A DNA stretch of 64,000 nucleotides from NCBI GenBank assembly GCA_016783155.1, contig JADHXB010000001.1, positions 1,228-65,227 of the forward strand, in the 5' to 3' direction. The notes below the pieces were generated by a model. It worked only from the letters and a program-made list of their open reading frames with translations. It ran no database searches and had not been told where the DNA came from. This stretch comes from Dehalococcoidia bacterium (GTDB lineage Bacteria; Chloroflexota; Dehalococcoidia; GIF9; UBA5629). Below, in pieces: positions 29,560 through 38,114 of this stretch; positions within the stretch are counted from its first letter, which is position 1, and every line of letters starts with the position of its first letter. The translations under genes were made by a program, and so were the position numbers.

Positions 29560-30753
29560 ATGACAAAGAGGACGAATGCCGTAATAGTTGGTGGGGGAGT
29601 GAGTAAATTTGGCGTAAGAGAAGCACATATACTTGATCTCTTCCAAGAGGCAGCCAAGGCCTGCTCTGATGATATCTCGACACTGAAGCCCACAGATATC
29701 GATGGGCTCATCGTTTGTTCTACAATGGCGGGAAGACATTCCTCAGCCCTAAACACAGCCCCTCTTGTGGCTCATAGGCTAGGATTGAAACCGACATCAA
29801 TTTGCATCCGGATTGATACTCTTTGTGCTGGCTCCAATTCTGGAATTATTGTGGCTAAGGGAATGATAGAAAGCGGCATTGCCGAGGTAATTCTGGTGAC
29901 AGGCGCCGAGAAGGTTTATATGCCACAGAGATGGGAAACAAACTACACACAATTAATGGTCAATGACCACGACTGGGACTCCGCCATGGGGTTAGGAGTA
30001 CCCCCACCGTTTTTTGCCATGATTGCCAAAATGCATATGAAACGTTATGGGACAACCAAGGAACAAATGGCGCATGTCGCCGTAGCCAATTACAATTATG
30101 GCGCTACCAATCCGAAAGGGCACTTTTACCCAAGGACTCTTACCATGGATGAGGCGCTTAGTGCCAGACTAATTGCTGACCCCTTCGGTCTTTTTGACTG
30201 CTGCCCTCTGTCCGATGGCGCTTCCGCCGTGATAATTGCCTCTGAGCAGAGAGCCAAAGGCCTGTCTGACAGGCCGCTGGTCTATATTCGTGGCACCGGA
30301 CAGCATGCCACACATAGCATGTCGGCAGGTTGGCCAGGCGAAACCCTGGCCGAGTGGCCTCATCTGAAGAAAGCAGCTGAAGTGGCTTATAAAAATGCTC
30401 AGGTCAGCGCTAAAGATATAGATGTGGCCCAGGTCCACGATTGCTTTACCATCTCTGAGATTATAGAAGTTGAAGAGCTTGGTTTCTGCAAGAAAGGGGA
30501 AGGCGGCGATTATATAGCCTCAGGTGCCGTTAATATTGACGGCGAACGTCCTATAAATACTGACGGCGGACTGCTTAGTCATGGGCATCCCTTTGGTGCC
30601 TCCGGAGCCCGCCAGTCTCTCGAGCTGTGCAAGCAGCTTCAAGGGAGGGCTACGAATCAAGTTAAAGATCCCAAGATTGCTCTGGCGCATAATCTAAGCG
30701 GCACCTGTGCCCAGCATACGGTGGTAATATACGGGACGGAGCCGGTTGAGTAA
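29560..30753 (+). CDS. SCP-x-type thiolase (thiolase-like, non-condensing)
   Basis: 397 aa. Thiolase fold pattern with active-site Cys region (TLCAGSNSG) and C-terminal GHPFGASGAR motif. Paired with a DUF35 gene downstream. Confidence 0.8.
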   Translation: MTKRTNAVIVGGGVSKFGVREAHILDLFQEAAKACSDDISTLKPTDIDGLIVCSTMAGRHSSALNTAPLVAHRLGLKPTSICIRIDTLCAGSNSGIIVAKGMIESGIAEVILVTGAEKVYMPQRWETNYTQLMVNDHDWDSAMGLGVPPPFFAMIAKMHMKRYGTTKEQMAHVAVANYNYGATNPKGHFYPRTLTMDEALSARLIADPFGLFDCCPLSDGASAVIIASEQRAKGLSDRPLVYIRGTGQHATHSMSAGWPGETLAEWPHLKKAAEVAYKNAQVSAKDIDVAQVHDCFTISEIIEVEELGFCKKGEGGDYIASGAVNIDGERPINTDGGLLSHGHPFGASGARQSLELCKQLQGRATNQVKDPKIALAHNLSGTCAQHTVVIYGTEPVE

Positions 30754-30784
30754 GCCATATAAGGTTTAGATAAGGAGAATAGAG

Positions 30785-31297
30785 ATGGCAGACATACAAA
30801 CAGCAAGAATAGTAGGGACTCCAGCTCTGGAGGGCACCTATATCTCTGAAATGGATATGTGGCCATTGGAATGCCGGGAATTTAACCGGAACTACCAGTT
30901 TTATGATAATCTCAGGGAAGGAAGGTTTACAACGACCAAGTGCCAAAAGTGCGGGCATATTGCCTTCCCACCGGGTGTTATATGCCCCAAGTGCTGGTCT
31001 GAAGAACTGGAATGGGTGGACCTGCCGCAGAGAGCCACGGTGGTTGCCGTTACCGAAACGCAAGCCGGGGCCCCACTTGGCTTTCCTTTGCCGCTAATCA
31101 TTGCCTGGCTTAATTTTGGCAAGGACAGTCCGATAAAGCACCTGCTGGGTCGCGTCATAAATTGTGCCGAGGGCGAGCTTAAAGATGGCGATGAAGTTAA
31201 GTTTGTGGTATTCGATGTTCCAGCGCATCCGATAGATGTCAAGAAAGAAACCAAGGTATGCGATAGGGTGTATTATGCTTTCGAGCGTGTGAAATAA
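30785..31297 (+). CDS. DUF35 OB-fold / rubredoxin-like zinc-ribbon protein (thiolase partner, BbsA-like)
   Basis: 170 aa. CQKCGHIAFPPGVICPKCWS zinc ribbon followed by an OB-fold region. Canonical partner of SCP-x thiolases. Confidence 0.75.
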   Translation: MADIQTARIVGTPALEGTYISEMDMWPLECREFNRNYQFYDNLREGRFTTTKCQKCGHIAFPPGVICPKCWSEELEWVDLPQRATVVAVTETQAGAPLGFPLPLIIAWLNFGKDSPIKHLLGRVINCAEGELKDGDEVKFVVFDVPAHPIDVKKETKVCDRVYYAFERVK

Positions 31298-31353
31298 ACG
31301 ACTTGAAAACAATGTTAAACTGCCAGCAACTTTATTGAAGGAGGAAAAGACAC

Positions 31354-32109
31354 ATGCCATTGGAAGGAAAAGTTGCATTCGTCAGCGGGGCATCGAGACC
31401 CAAAGGAATCGGGCGAGCTATTGCTCTTACCTTAGCTAATCTGGGAGCCGATGTTGCCGTTAGCGGTAAGTCGCACTTTGAAGGGGCAATATCCGTAGCC
31501 GAGGAAATAAAACAGATAGGCAGAAACTCCGTAGCTATCAAGATGGATGCCACTGATTATGAGGATGTGAAAAAGGGGTTCGCCGAGGTTAAGCAGAAAC
31601 TAGGAGCCGTCACTATCTTAATAAACAACGCTGCCCAAATGGGCCGTTTCGTACCCATCCATAAGATTATTATTGAGGATTGGGACGATGAGGTTAAGAC
31701 TTGTCTTAACTCTGCTTTCTATTGTATTAAAGAGTCCTGGGCGGATATGTGTGCCAATAAATGGGGTCGCATTGTTAACATTACGTCGGTGGCTGGGGTT
31801 ATGGGAGGATATGGGCAGACTAGTTACGGCGCAGCCAAGGCGGGTCTAATCTCCCTAGCCAAATCGGTTGCCCTGGAGGGAGCCAGGTTTAATATAACCA
31901 GTAATGCCGTGCTGGTGGGGGTAGCCAATACAGGTGCCCCACTTGCTGATGAGGTGCGCCAGAAGCTTGAAAGCAGGATACTCACGCGTCGCCTGGCTGA
32001 GCCGCAGGAGATTGCCAATGCTGTCGCCTATCTAGTGTCAGATGAGGCAGAGTATATGACTGGTGCTGTAATGAACATGATGGGTGGTCTCGACCTGTTT
32101 GTGTTTTAA
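31354..32109 (+). CDS. short-chain dehydrogenase/reductase (FabG-like)
   Basis: 251 aa. GKVAFVSGASRPKGIGRA NAD(P) motif and YGAAKAG catalytic motif. Confidence 0.85.
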   Translation: MPLEGKVAFVSGASRPKGIGRAIALTLANLGADVAVSGKSHFEGAISVAEEIKQIGRNSVAIKMDATDYEDVKKGFAEVKQKLGAVTILINNAAQMGRFVPIHKIIIEDWDDEVKTCLNSAFYCIKESWADMCANKWGRIVNITSVAGVMGGYGQTSYGAAKAGLISLAKSVALEGARFNITSNAVLVGVANTGAPLADEVRQKLESRILTRRLAEPQEIANAVAYLVSDEAEYMTGAVMNMMGGLDLFVF

Positions 32110-32207
32110 ATGGTCAAGCTTACCACAAGATAACGACTGACCCTGTCGATGGAATAGAAGTCTGCTCTACTAACCACAGGCAACCTGGGTGAATGTAGGA
32201 GACATTA

Positions 32208-33542
32208 ATGAAAACAGCGGAGCAATACTGGAATCCAATTCTAGAAACATTGCCTCGTGAACAACTTCAAAAGTTGCAACTCAGAAAATTTCAGAACGTA
32301 CTCAAATGGGCATACGAGAACTCTAAATTTTATCACAAGCTATACAGTGATGCAGGTATAGAGCCTGGCGACATCAGAACATTTGATGATATAAGAAAGG
32401 TGCCCAAGGTAGAGAAATCCATGTTGAGGGGTATTCAAGGTAGAGAGCCGTACCCTTATGGCGATATTTTGTGTGTACCTCTGGAGCAGGTCACTGAATA
32501 TCACCAGACCAGCGGCACGACTGGGCAGCCAGTATTTCAGGCTGATACCTGGCAGGATTGGGAGTGGTGTGCTGAAAGTTGGGCTTATATATTATATGCC
32601 CAAGGCTACCGGAATCATGACCGGGTTTTTTTACCCTTTGGTTATCATACCGCAATTGCCTTTTGGCAGGCTCACTATGCCTCGGAAAAAATAGGTTGCG
32701 AGGTAATCTCCGGCGGCGTATTAAATACCGAGGCACGGATACTTAAGATGCAGGAACTCAGAGCTACTGCCATGATGGCGACTCCAACCTATGTGCTGGG
32801 CATGGCTGACGTTGCCAAAAGGAAGCTTGGTATAGATCCGGCTAAGGATTTACAGATAAAGAAAATAACCGTTGCCGGTGAACCTGGAGGTAGCATTCCA
32901 GCAACTAAGAAAAGAATGGAGGAGGCTTGGGGAGCCAAAGTCTATGACCATATAGGTGCTACTGAGATAGGTGCCTGGAGTTTTGAGTGTACCTACCAGT
33001 CTGGTCTACATGTTAATGACGCTTTGTTCATAGTTGAGATAGAGGACCCCGATACTGGTGAACTTATTACTGAGCCTGGCAGGAAAGGTAAGATGGTCAT
33101 CACTGCCTTCGACCGCATAGCTCAACCATGCATCAGGTTTGATTCTAAGGATATTATCGGATGGAGTCCTGATGAATGTGAGTGTGGGCGCACCTTCAGG
33201 CTGATTAAGGGGGGAGTTCTCGGCAGGGCTGATGATATTACTAAGGTAAAGGGGGTATTGCTGGCTCCAACTTCCATAGAGGAAGTGGTCAGAAGTATCC
33301 CAGAACTCGGCGATGAATATGAAGTGCTAGTAACCAAGAAAGGTGATATAGATAATATCACGCTAAAAGTGGAGCTGATACCAGGGCAAGAGAGTAATAT
33401 TGATTTAGTTAAGACTAAACTGGTCGACCAGCTTAGTCTAAAGACGAATTTAGGGTATAACATAGAATTTCATAAGTATAATACCTTACCTAGATATGAT
33501 GTTAAGAGCAAGAGGTTCAAGGACCTGCGACACAAGGAGTAA
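32208..33542 (+). CDS. phenylacetate-CoA ligase family (PaaK / coenzyme F390 synthetase-like)
   Basis: 444 aa. TSGTTGQP P-loop-like AMP motif; size and pattern of the PaaK family (..ATPTYVLG.., ..GEPG..). Confidence 0.85.
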   Translation: MKTAEQYWNPILETLPREQLQKLQLRKFQNVLKWAYENSKFYHKLYSDAGIEPGDIRTFDDIRKVPKVEKSMLRGIQGREPYPYGDILCVPLEQVTEYHQTSGTTGQPVFQADTWQDWEWCAESWAYILYAQGYRNHDRVFLPFGYHTAIAFWQAHYASEKIGCEVISGGVLNTEARILKMQELRATAMMATPTYVLGMADVAKRKLGIDPAKDLQIKKITVAGEPGGSIPATKKRMEEAWGAKVYDHIGATEIGAWSFECTYQSGLHVNDALFIVEIEDPDTGELITEPGRKGKMVITAFDRIAQPCIRFDSKDIIGWSPDECECGRTFRLIKGGVLGRADDITKVKGVLLAPTSIEEVVRSIPELGDEYEVLVTKKGDIDNITLKVELIPGQESNIDLVKTKLVDQLSLKTNLGYNIEFHKYNTLPRYDVKSKRFKDLRHKE

Positions 33543-33546
33543 TAGG

Positions 33547-33726
33547 ATGGGGCAAGAATACAACATAAAAGGAATGACCGAAAAGATTCAAGCCATTAAA
33601 GAAGCGGCAACCGAACTAAAGCACATCTCGGGTGGCATTCAAGCCGTAGACAGGAATGTTGACCGTATTCTGGCAAGTGTTAAGATGCTGGAAATAAATA
33701 TCAGCGACATAGCAAACATCATTTGA
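33547..33726 (+). CDS. small hypothetical protein
   Basis: 59 aa from an ATG with AAGGAG SD. Predicted helical; no family recognised. The ORF track's longer form (33496) overlaps the paaK 3' end. Confidence 0.3.
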   Translation: MGQEYNIKGMTEKIQAIKEAATELKHISGGIQAVDRNVDRILASVKMLEINISDIANII

Positions 33727-33787
33727 AGAACAGCCGAAATTCTTGATACTATCATATAAATTTTCTGCTAGATTGGAGGAATAAACA

Positions 33788-35626
33788 ATGGCAGGTTATC
33801 AGAATCGCATTCTTCGAGTTGACCTGACGGAGCGTACGTTCTCTGAGGAATCACTGAGTAAGGATCTCACCCATGACTTTATTGGTGGACGTGGCTTTGG
33901 TGTCAAACTCCTGTATGATGAGCTAAAACCTGGTGTTGACCCTCTGGGCGAAGAGAGCGAGTTGATATTCGTTTCCGGGCCTCTCGCGGGGACAAATGCC
34001 CAGTCCTTCGGTCGCTATAAGGTCTTCTTTAAGTCACCTCTTACAGGCAGTTATTTTAAGTCCAGCAGCGGTGGGTATCTGGCATCGGAAATGAAGTTTG
34101 CTGGACTTGATGTCATCATCGTCAAGGGAATCGCTGACAAACCTGTCTTTCTCTGGGTTCATGATGGACAATATGAGCTTCGGGATGCTACATATCTGTG
34201 GGGGCTTGATTGCGATGACACTCATACCTTGATCCGCGAGGAACTGAGCGACCCGCATATTCGGGTCGCTTGCATTGGTCCGGCTGGCGAGCGGGGAGTG
34301 AAATATGCCGGTATATTCAGTGACCGACGTGCCTGTGGTCGGGGTGGTGGTGGCACCGTTATGGGCAGTAAAAACCTCAAGGCTATTGCCATCCGGGGTA
34401 ACCAACGGATTGAGCTAGCTGACCGAGAGGCCTTTGCCGCCGCGGTAAAAGAGCAAATAAAGGAGTGTCAGAATAGTCCCGAGTTCGCAAACTTTTCCAA
34501 ATCGGGGACACAGATGGGGGAGTTTACCAATATCCTGGGCATGTTTCCTACCAAGAACTTCCAAGAGGGCGTCTTACCAAACTGGGAGCAGATAGAGCGC
34601 ACCGAATACGATAAGTTGCGCGTGCGCAAGACAAGGTGTTACAGCTGCATGCTTCATTGTGGGAGCATCACCAAGATGGGGATAGGAAATTATGCCGGAG
34701 CATGGTCTGAAGGGCCGGAGTACGAGACTATCTGGGCATTTACAGGGCCTGTGGCGCTGGCCGATATCGGCTTGACCATTGCTGCCGATAAGCTGTGCGA
34801 CGACCTGGGACTGGATACCATCTCTACCGGCAATACCATCGGCTTTGCCTATGAACTGTATGAGCGAGGCCTCATTACCAAGAAGGACACCGGCGGTCTG
34901 GAGCTTACTTACGGTAATAATAAGCCGGTTATGCAGCTAATCAGACAGATTGCCTATCGGCAAGGCCTGGGCGACATACTGGCTGAGGGTACCCGCGAGG
35001 CAGCCCGCCGCATCGGCCATGGTGCCGAGCAATATGCGATACAAGTAAAAGGGCTGGAAATGCCTGCCTACGACCCACGTGGTGCCAAGTCCCACGGCCT
35101 CAACTTGATGACATCGAACATCGGGGCGGATCACAATACCGGTTATGCCCCTCAAGAAATATTCGGTGCCCCCGTACCCAGGGAGGTCGACCGTTTTGCC
35201 GTCGAGGGGAAGGGTGAATTGACCAAGTGGAATCAGGACTTAACTGCACTCTTCGAAACAGGCATTCTATGCAGCTTCGTGCCATCAATGGGCATGCTTA
35301 GTGAGGAGGTGTACGGCAGGCTACTCTCGGCAGCGACCGGAGTTGCCGATTTCTCAGATCCAGCCTATCTGTGGCAAGTAGGGGAGAGGATATTCAACTT
35401 GGAACGGATGTTTAATGTGCGAGAGGGGTTTGGTATTAAAGACGATGTTTTTCCCAAGCGGCTTACCGGGGAACCAATGCCTGCCGGACCATCAGCAGGC
35501 CAGGTCTTTGAAGCTGAGCCTATGCTGATAGACTATTATCAGGTACGTGGATGGGATGTCAAGACCGGTATTCCCACCAAAGCCAAGCTAGATGAGCTGG
35601 GACTTGGCTTTACCATAGGTAAATAG
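33788..35626 (+). CDS. aor: aldehyde:ferredoxin oxidoreductase (AOR family) #3
   Basis: 612 aa. MAGYQNRILRVDLTERTF N-terminus. Paralog of AOR #1/#2. Confidence 0.92.
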   Translation: MAGYQNRILRVDLTERTFSEESLSKDLTHDFIGGRGFGVKLLYDELKPGVDPLGEESELIFVSGPLAGTNAQSFGRYKVFFKSPLTGSYFKSSSGGYLASEMKFAGLDVIIVKGIADKPVFLWVHDGQYELRDATYLWGLDCDDTHTLIREELSDPHIRVACIGPAGERGVKYAGIFSDRRACGRGGGGTVMGSKNLKAIAIRGNQRIELADREAFAAAVKEQIKECQNSPEFANFSKSGTQMGEFTNILGMFPTKNFQEGVLPNWEQIERTEYDKLRVRKTRCYSCMLHCGSITKMGIGNYAGAWSEGPEYETIWAFTGPVALADIGLTIAADKLCDDLGLDTISTGNTIGFAYELYERGLITKKDTGGLELTYGNNKPVMQLIRQIAYRQGLGDILAEGTREAARRIGHGAEQYAIQVKGLEMPAYDPRGAKSHGLNLMTSNIGADHNTGYAPQEIFGAPVPREVDRFAVEGKGELTKWNQDLTALFETGILCSFVPSMGMLSEEVYGRLLSAATGVADFSDPAYLWQVGERIFNLERMFNVREGFGIKDDVFPKRLTGEPMPAGPSAGQVFEAEPMLIDYYQVRGWDVKTGIPTKAKLDELGLGFTIGK

Positions 35627-35631
35627 AAACA

Positions 35632-35901
35632 GTGAATGTTGAAGTACTCTTTTTCGGTCAGCTTAGGGAGCTAACTGCCGTTCGCCAAACGACTGTTGGC
35701 ATGAACGATGGTACCAGGCTCGTTGATTTGATCGAACATTTGGGTGAGGAATATGGCGATGCCTTTCGTCATGAGGTAAACACTATCCGGCGTTTGCAAA
35801 TCTTGATAAACGGTCAACAACACACTTTTTTAGGTGGCATTGAGGCATCCCTAAAGGATGGGGACACGGTGGTTTTTCTACCACCTATTTTCGGCGGTTG
35901 A
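35632..35901 (+). CDS. MoaD-like sulfur-carrier/ubiquitin-fold protein (GlyGly C-terminus)
   Basis: 89 aa. VEVLFFGQLRE...INGQ...LKDGDTVVFLPPIFGG is the classic MoaD pattern. GTG start 6 nt after the AOR#3 stop. Confidence 0.7.
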   Translation: MNVEVLFFGQLRELTAVRQTTVGMNDGTRLVDLIEHLGEEYGDAFRHEVNTIRRLQILINGQQHTFLGGIEASLKDGDTVVFLPPIFGG

Positions 35902-36068
35902 TGGTGACAGCCGGGAGGAAGACAAATCATCCAGCAGGTTCAACTTGTCTGGCGCGTGATTGCACTTTTGGAAGTTTTGGTAGCTTGTTGATTTCTCACT
36001 GGCGCTGATTGTTAAGAGCCTACAGGCCTTTCGTTTTCAATCATCCCCAATGAACTTGAGACAATGAT

Positions 36069-37031
36069 TCACTTGATCTTCAGGAGTTTTTTTGCATTTC
36101 CCCCAAGTATTTTCTCCATATCTTGAGGTGGTATATCCATAGCCTTAACACCGGCCAGATTGTCTCTAATATAAGCCTCGCCTGTCTCAGCACCAAATGG
36201 ATAGTCTGAGCCGTACATCAAACGGTCAGGTCCAAAAAAAGCATAACCACAGGGGTAGGCGGTAACTGTTCCGTCTATGGCTGTATCGCCATAAATATTG
36301 TTCCAGTACTGAGAAATGTGCCGTGGTAGCTTATCCCTCAAATGTAGATTAAAGGTTGATTCGATTCTCCGAACGAAATAAGGAAGCATGGCTCCCATAT
36401 GATGGGTAACGACCTTCAAAGAAGGATAACGGTCAATCACACCACCAAAAATAAGTCTCCATACAGCCTGAGTGGTATCAAAAGGCCATCCAAACACATG
36501 CATCATTCGCCACGCTTTATCCATATCGACCAGCGGATAAGACTCCCAGTGAGTGGGGTGGATAAGAAGGGGCAAGTCATGCTCTACCAATTTCTCATAA
36601 AACTGAAAATACTCAGGAGAGTCGAGCCCTTTGCCATTCTGGTTTGATGAAACGGTGACTCCGCGACAGTCGAGCTCATTTATCGAACGGTCGAGCTCTT
36701 TCATGGCGCTGCCCATATCGAGAAGAGAAATGATGCAGATGTTTACAAATCTGTCAGGGTATGCCTTGCAAAGGGCATAATTGTCGTCATTTGAAAGTCT
36801 GCATATCTCAGTTGCATCCTCGGGACCAAATCCCATCAGGACTGGCGTTGTTTGGCTGAGAGCTTGTACATCAATCCCGTACCTTTCCATCAGGTTCAGG
36901 CGAACTTCGGGGTCCGCGTTTTGGATAGGGTGGTAATATTGCCTACCTTCACCAAAATATTTACCTTTTTCTATCAGTTTTCCGACTGATGCCGAAATGT
37001 GATGAGAGAATATATCGATGATCATTTTCAT
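36069..37031 (-). CDS. amidohydrolase-2 (ACMSD-family) metal-dependent hydrolase/decarboxylase
   Basis: 320 aa. MKMIIDIFSHH N-terminus (metal His pair), LLIHPTHW and YGSDYPF motifs typical of the ACMSD / hydroxybenzoate non-oxidative decarboxylase family. Confidence 0.8.
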   Translation of the reverse strand: MKMIIDIFSHHISASVGKLIEKGKYFGEGRQYYHPIQNADPEVRLNLMERYGIDVQALSQTTPVLMGFGPEDATEICRLSNDDNYALCKAYPDRFVNICIISLLDMGSAMKELDRSINELDCRGVTVSSNQNGKGLDSPEYFQFYEKLVEHDLPLLIHPTHWESYPLVDMDKAWRMMHVFGWPFDTTQAVWRLIFGGVIDRYPSLKVVTHHMGAMLPYFVRRIESTFNLHLRDKLPRHISQYWNNIYGDTAIDGTVTAYPCGYAFFGPDRLMYGSDYPFGAETGEAYIRDNLAGVKAMDIPPQDMEKILGGNAKKLLKIK

Positions 37032-37192
37032 CCCTTTCTCTTTATGTTTCTCGGCTTTTCACACAATGCGTCTGCATCGAACTGTCCTCGTTTTCTTAGG
37101 GAGAATAAGATATCCGTGCTCGAATGTCAATATCTTGACTCATATTGCACTTTTTGAGAAAAGTGTTGGAGCAAGGTAATGACATTGCCTTC

Positions 37193-37267
37193 TGGTAGGC
37201 CGTACAGGATTCGAACCTGTGACACCCTGATTAAAAGTCAGTGCGTCTCCTGGTCCATCCCGGGCCT
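37193..37267 (-). tRNA. tRNA-Lys(UUU)-like sequence, probably a degenerate/partial tRNA (3' ~50 nt intact, 5' half non-canonical)
   Basis: Minus-strand sequence ...ACTGACTTTTAATCAGGGTGTCACAGGTTCGAATCCTGTACGGCCTACCA has a perfect T-arm (GGTTCGAATCC), an anticodon loop CUUUUAA and an encoded CCA. The 5' 25 nt cannot form a D-arm, and the acceptor stem has two mismatches. Confidence 0.4.
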
Positions 37268-37457
37268 ATAATTCGTAGCTAAATCCGACAAAACCACCCT
37301 GAATTTTTCACCGAATCAGGGTATCACCTTCACTACCTCCACAGGACTTTTTACTTGTCTGGATTATACCATACTTGCCTCGAAGGCAAGTAAGAAAAAG
37401 AGCAAAAAGGCCGCGGTAGGGACATCGAATTTGATTATGGTTAATTACGGGGTTATA

Positions 37458-37886
37458 TTAACGTTTAAGACCAATAGAACGCCCCACGGAATTGAATAGT
37501 TTTTCGATATCGGTGGCGGTGATGTTTTTGTTAAAATGGGCTAAAGCTAGGCCGATTCTCATAACGATTTCGGCGCTGGGATTATTGCGACCGCCGTTTC
37601 TGAGACGACTGATATACGCCTGATCCAAATGAGCATACTCGCTGATTTTGTAGCAGGATGCCCCGGTCTTATCTATGAGTTCGGAAAAGACACGAGAGAA
37701 GTCGTTCGAGTAAAGTCCTTCTGCCATCTTATCCAGTCCAAGATCTCTTCGATAGTCATATCTCCGGCTATCTGTTTGATAAACCTGGTAAAGAAAAAGG
37801 CGAGAAGGACTAACCCTCCTCGCCTTTCTGTCTCTGCTCCACGCGAGATCGAGATCATAGCACCAGTTGGTGCTAAGCATATTCAA
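37458..37886 (-). CDS. XRE-family helix-turn-helix transcriptional regulator
   Basis: HTH_3 pattern YKISEYAHLDQAYISRLRNGGRNNPSAEIVMRIGLAL. The true start may be the internal ATG at 37727 (89 aa), which puts the HTH near the N-terminus. No strong SD for either start. Confidence 0.55.
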   Translation of the reverse strand: MNMLSTNWCYDLDLAWSRDRKARRVSPSRLFLYQVYQTDSRRYDYRRDLGLDKMAEGLYSNDFSRVFSELIDKTGASCYKISEYAHLDQAYISRLRNGGRNNPSAEIVMRIGLALAHFNKNITATDIEKLFNSVGRSIGLKR

Positions 37887-38114
37887 TTAGTTTTAATGGT
37901 AGCACATTGAAAATGTATTTTCAAGTTTTCGGTTTCATAGTTGCTTTATTATGCTGCAAGGCACAAAACGATGAACTGTGTCATAGAAGGTTCTCTATAA
38001 TGAACCGAGAGTAGAATCTAATAAAGTCCCTTGATTCTCAGGCTAGGAATTTATTTAGCCTGTGTAGTTCTTTATAATATATGGTAATGATTCGAAAGAT
38101 AAGGAGGTAGGATA

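Noticed and set aside
35902-36068. Rho-independent terminator in the convergent gap after the MoaD-like gene
   Set aside because: Only a weak 4-bp palindrome (gcct-aca-ggc) followed by a T-rich stretch. This is too short and unstable to call.
37193-37267. Calling the tRNA-like element a functional tRNA-Lys gene
   Set aside because: Only the anticodon arm, T-arm and 3' acceptor strand are canonical. By manual folding, the 5' 25 nt cannot form a D-stem, and the acceptor helix has two mismatches next to the T-stem. Reported as degenerate or partial instead; needs tRNAscan-SE.
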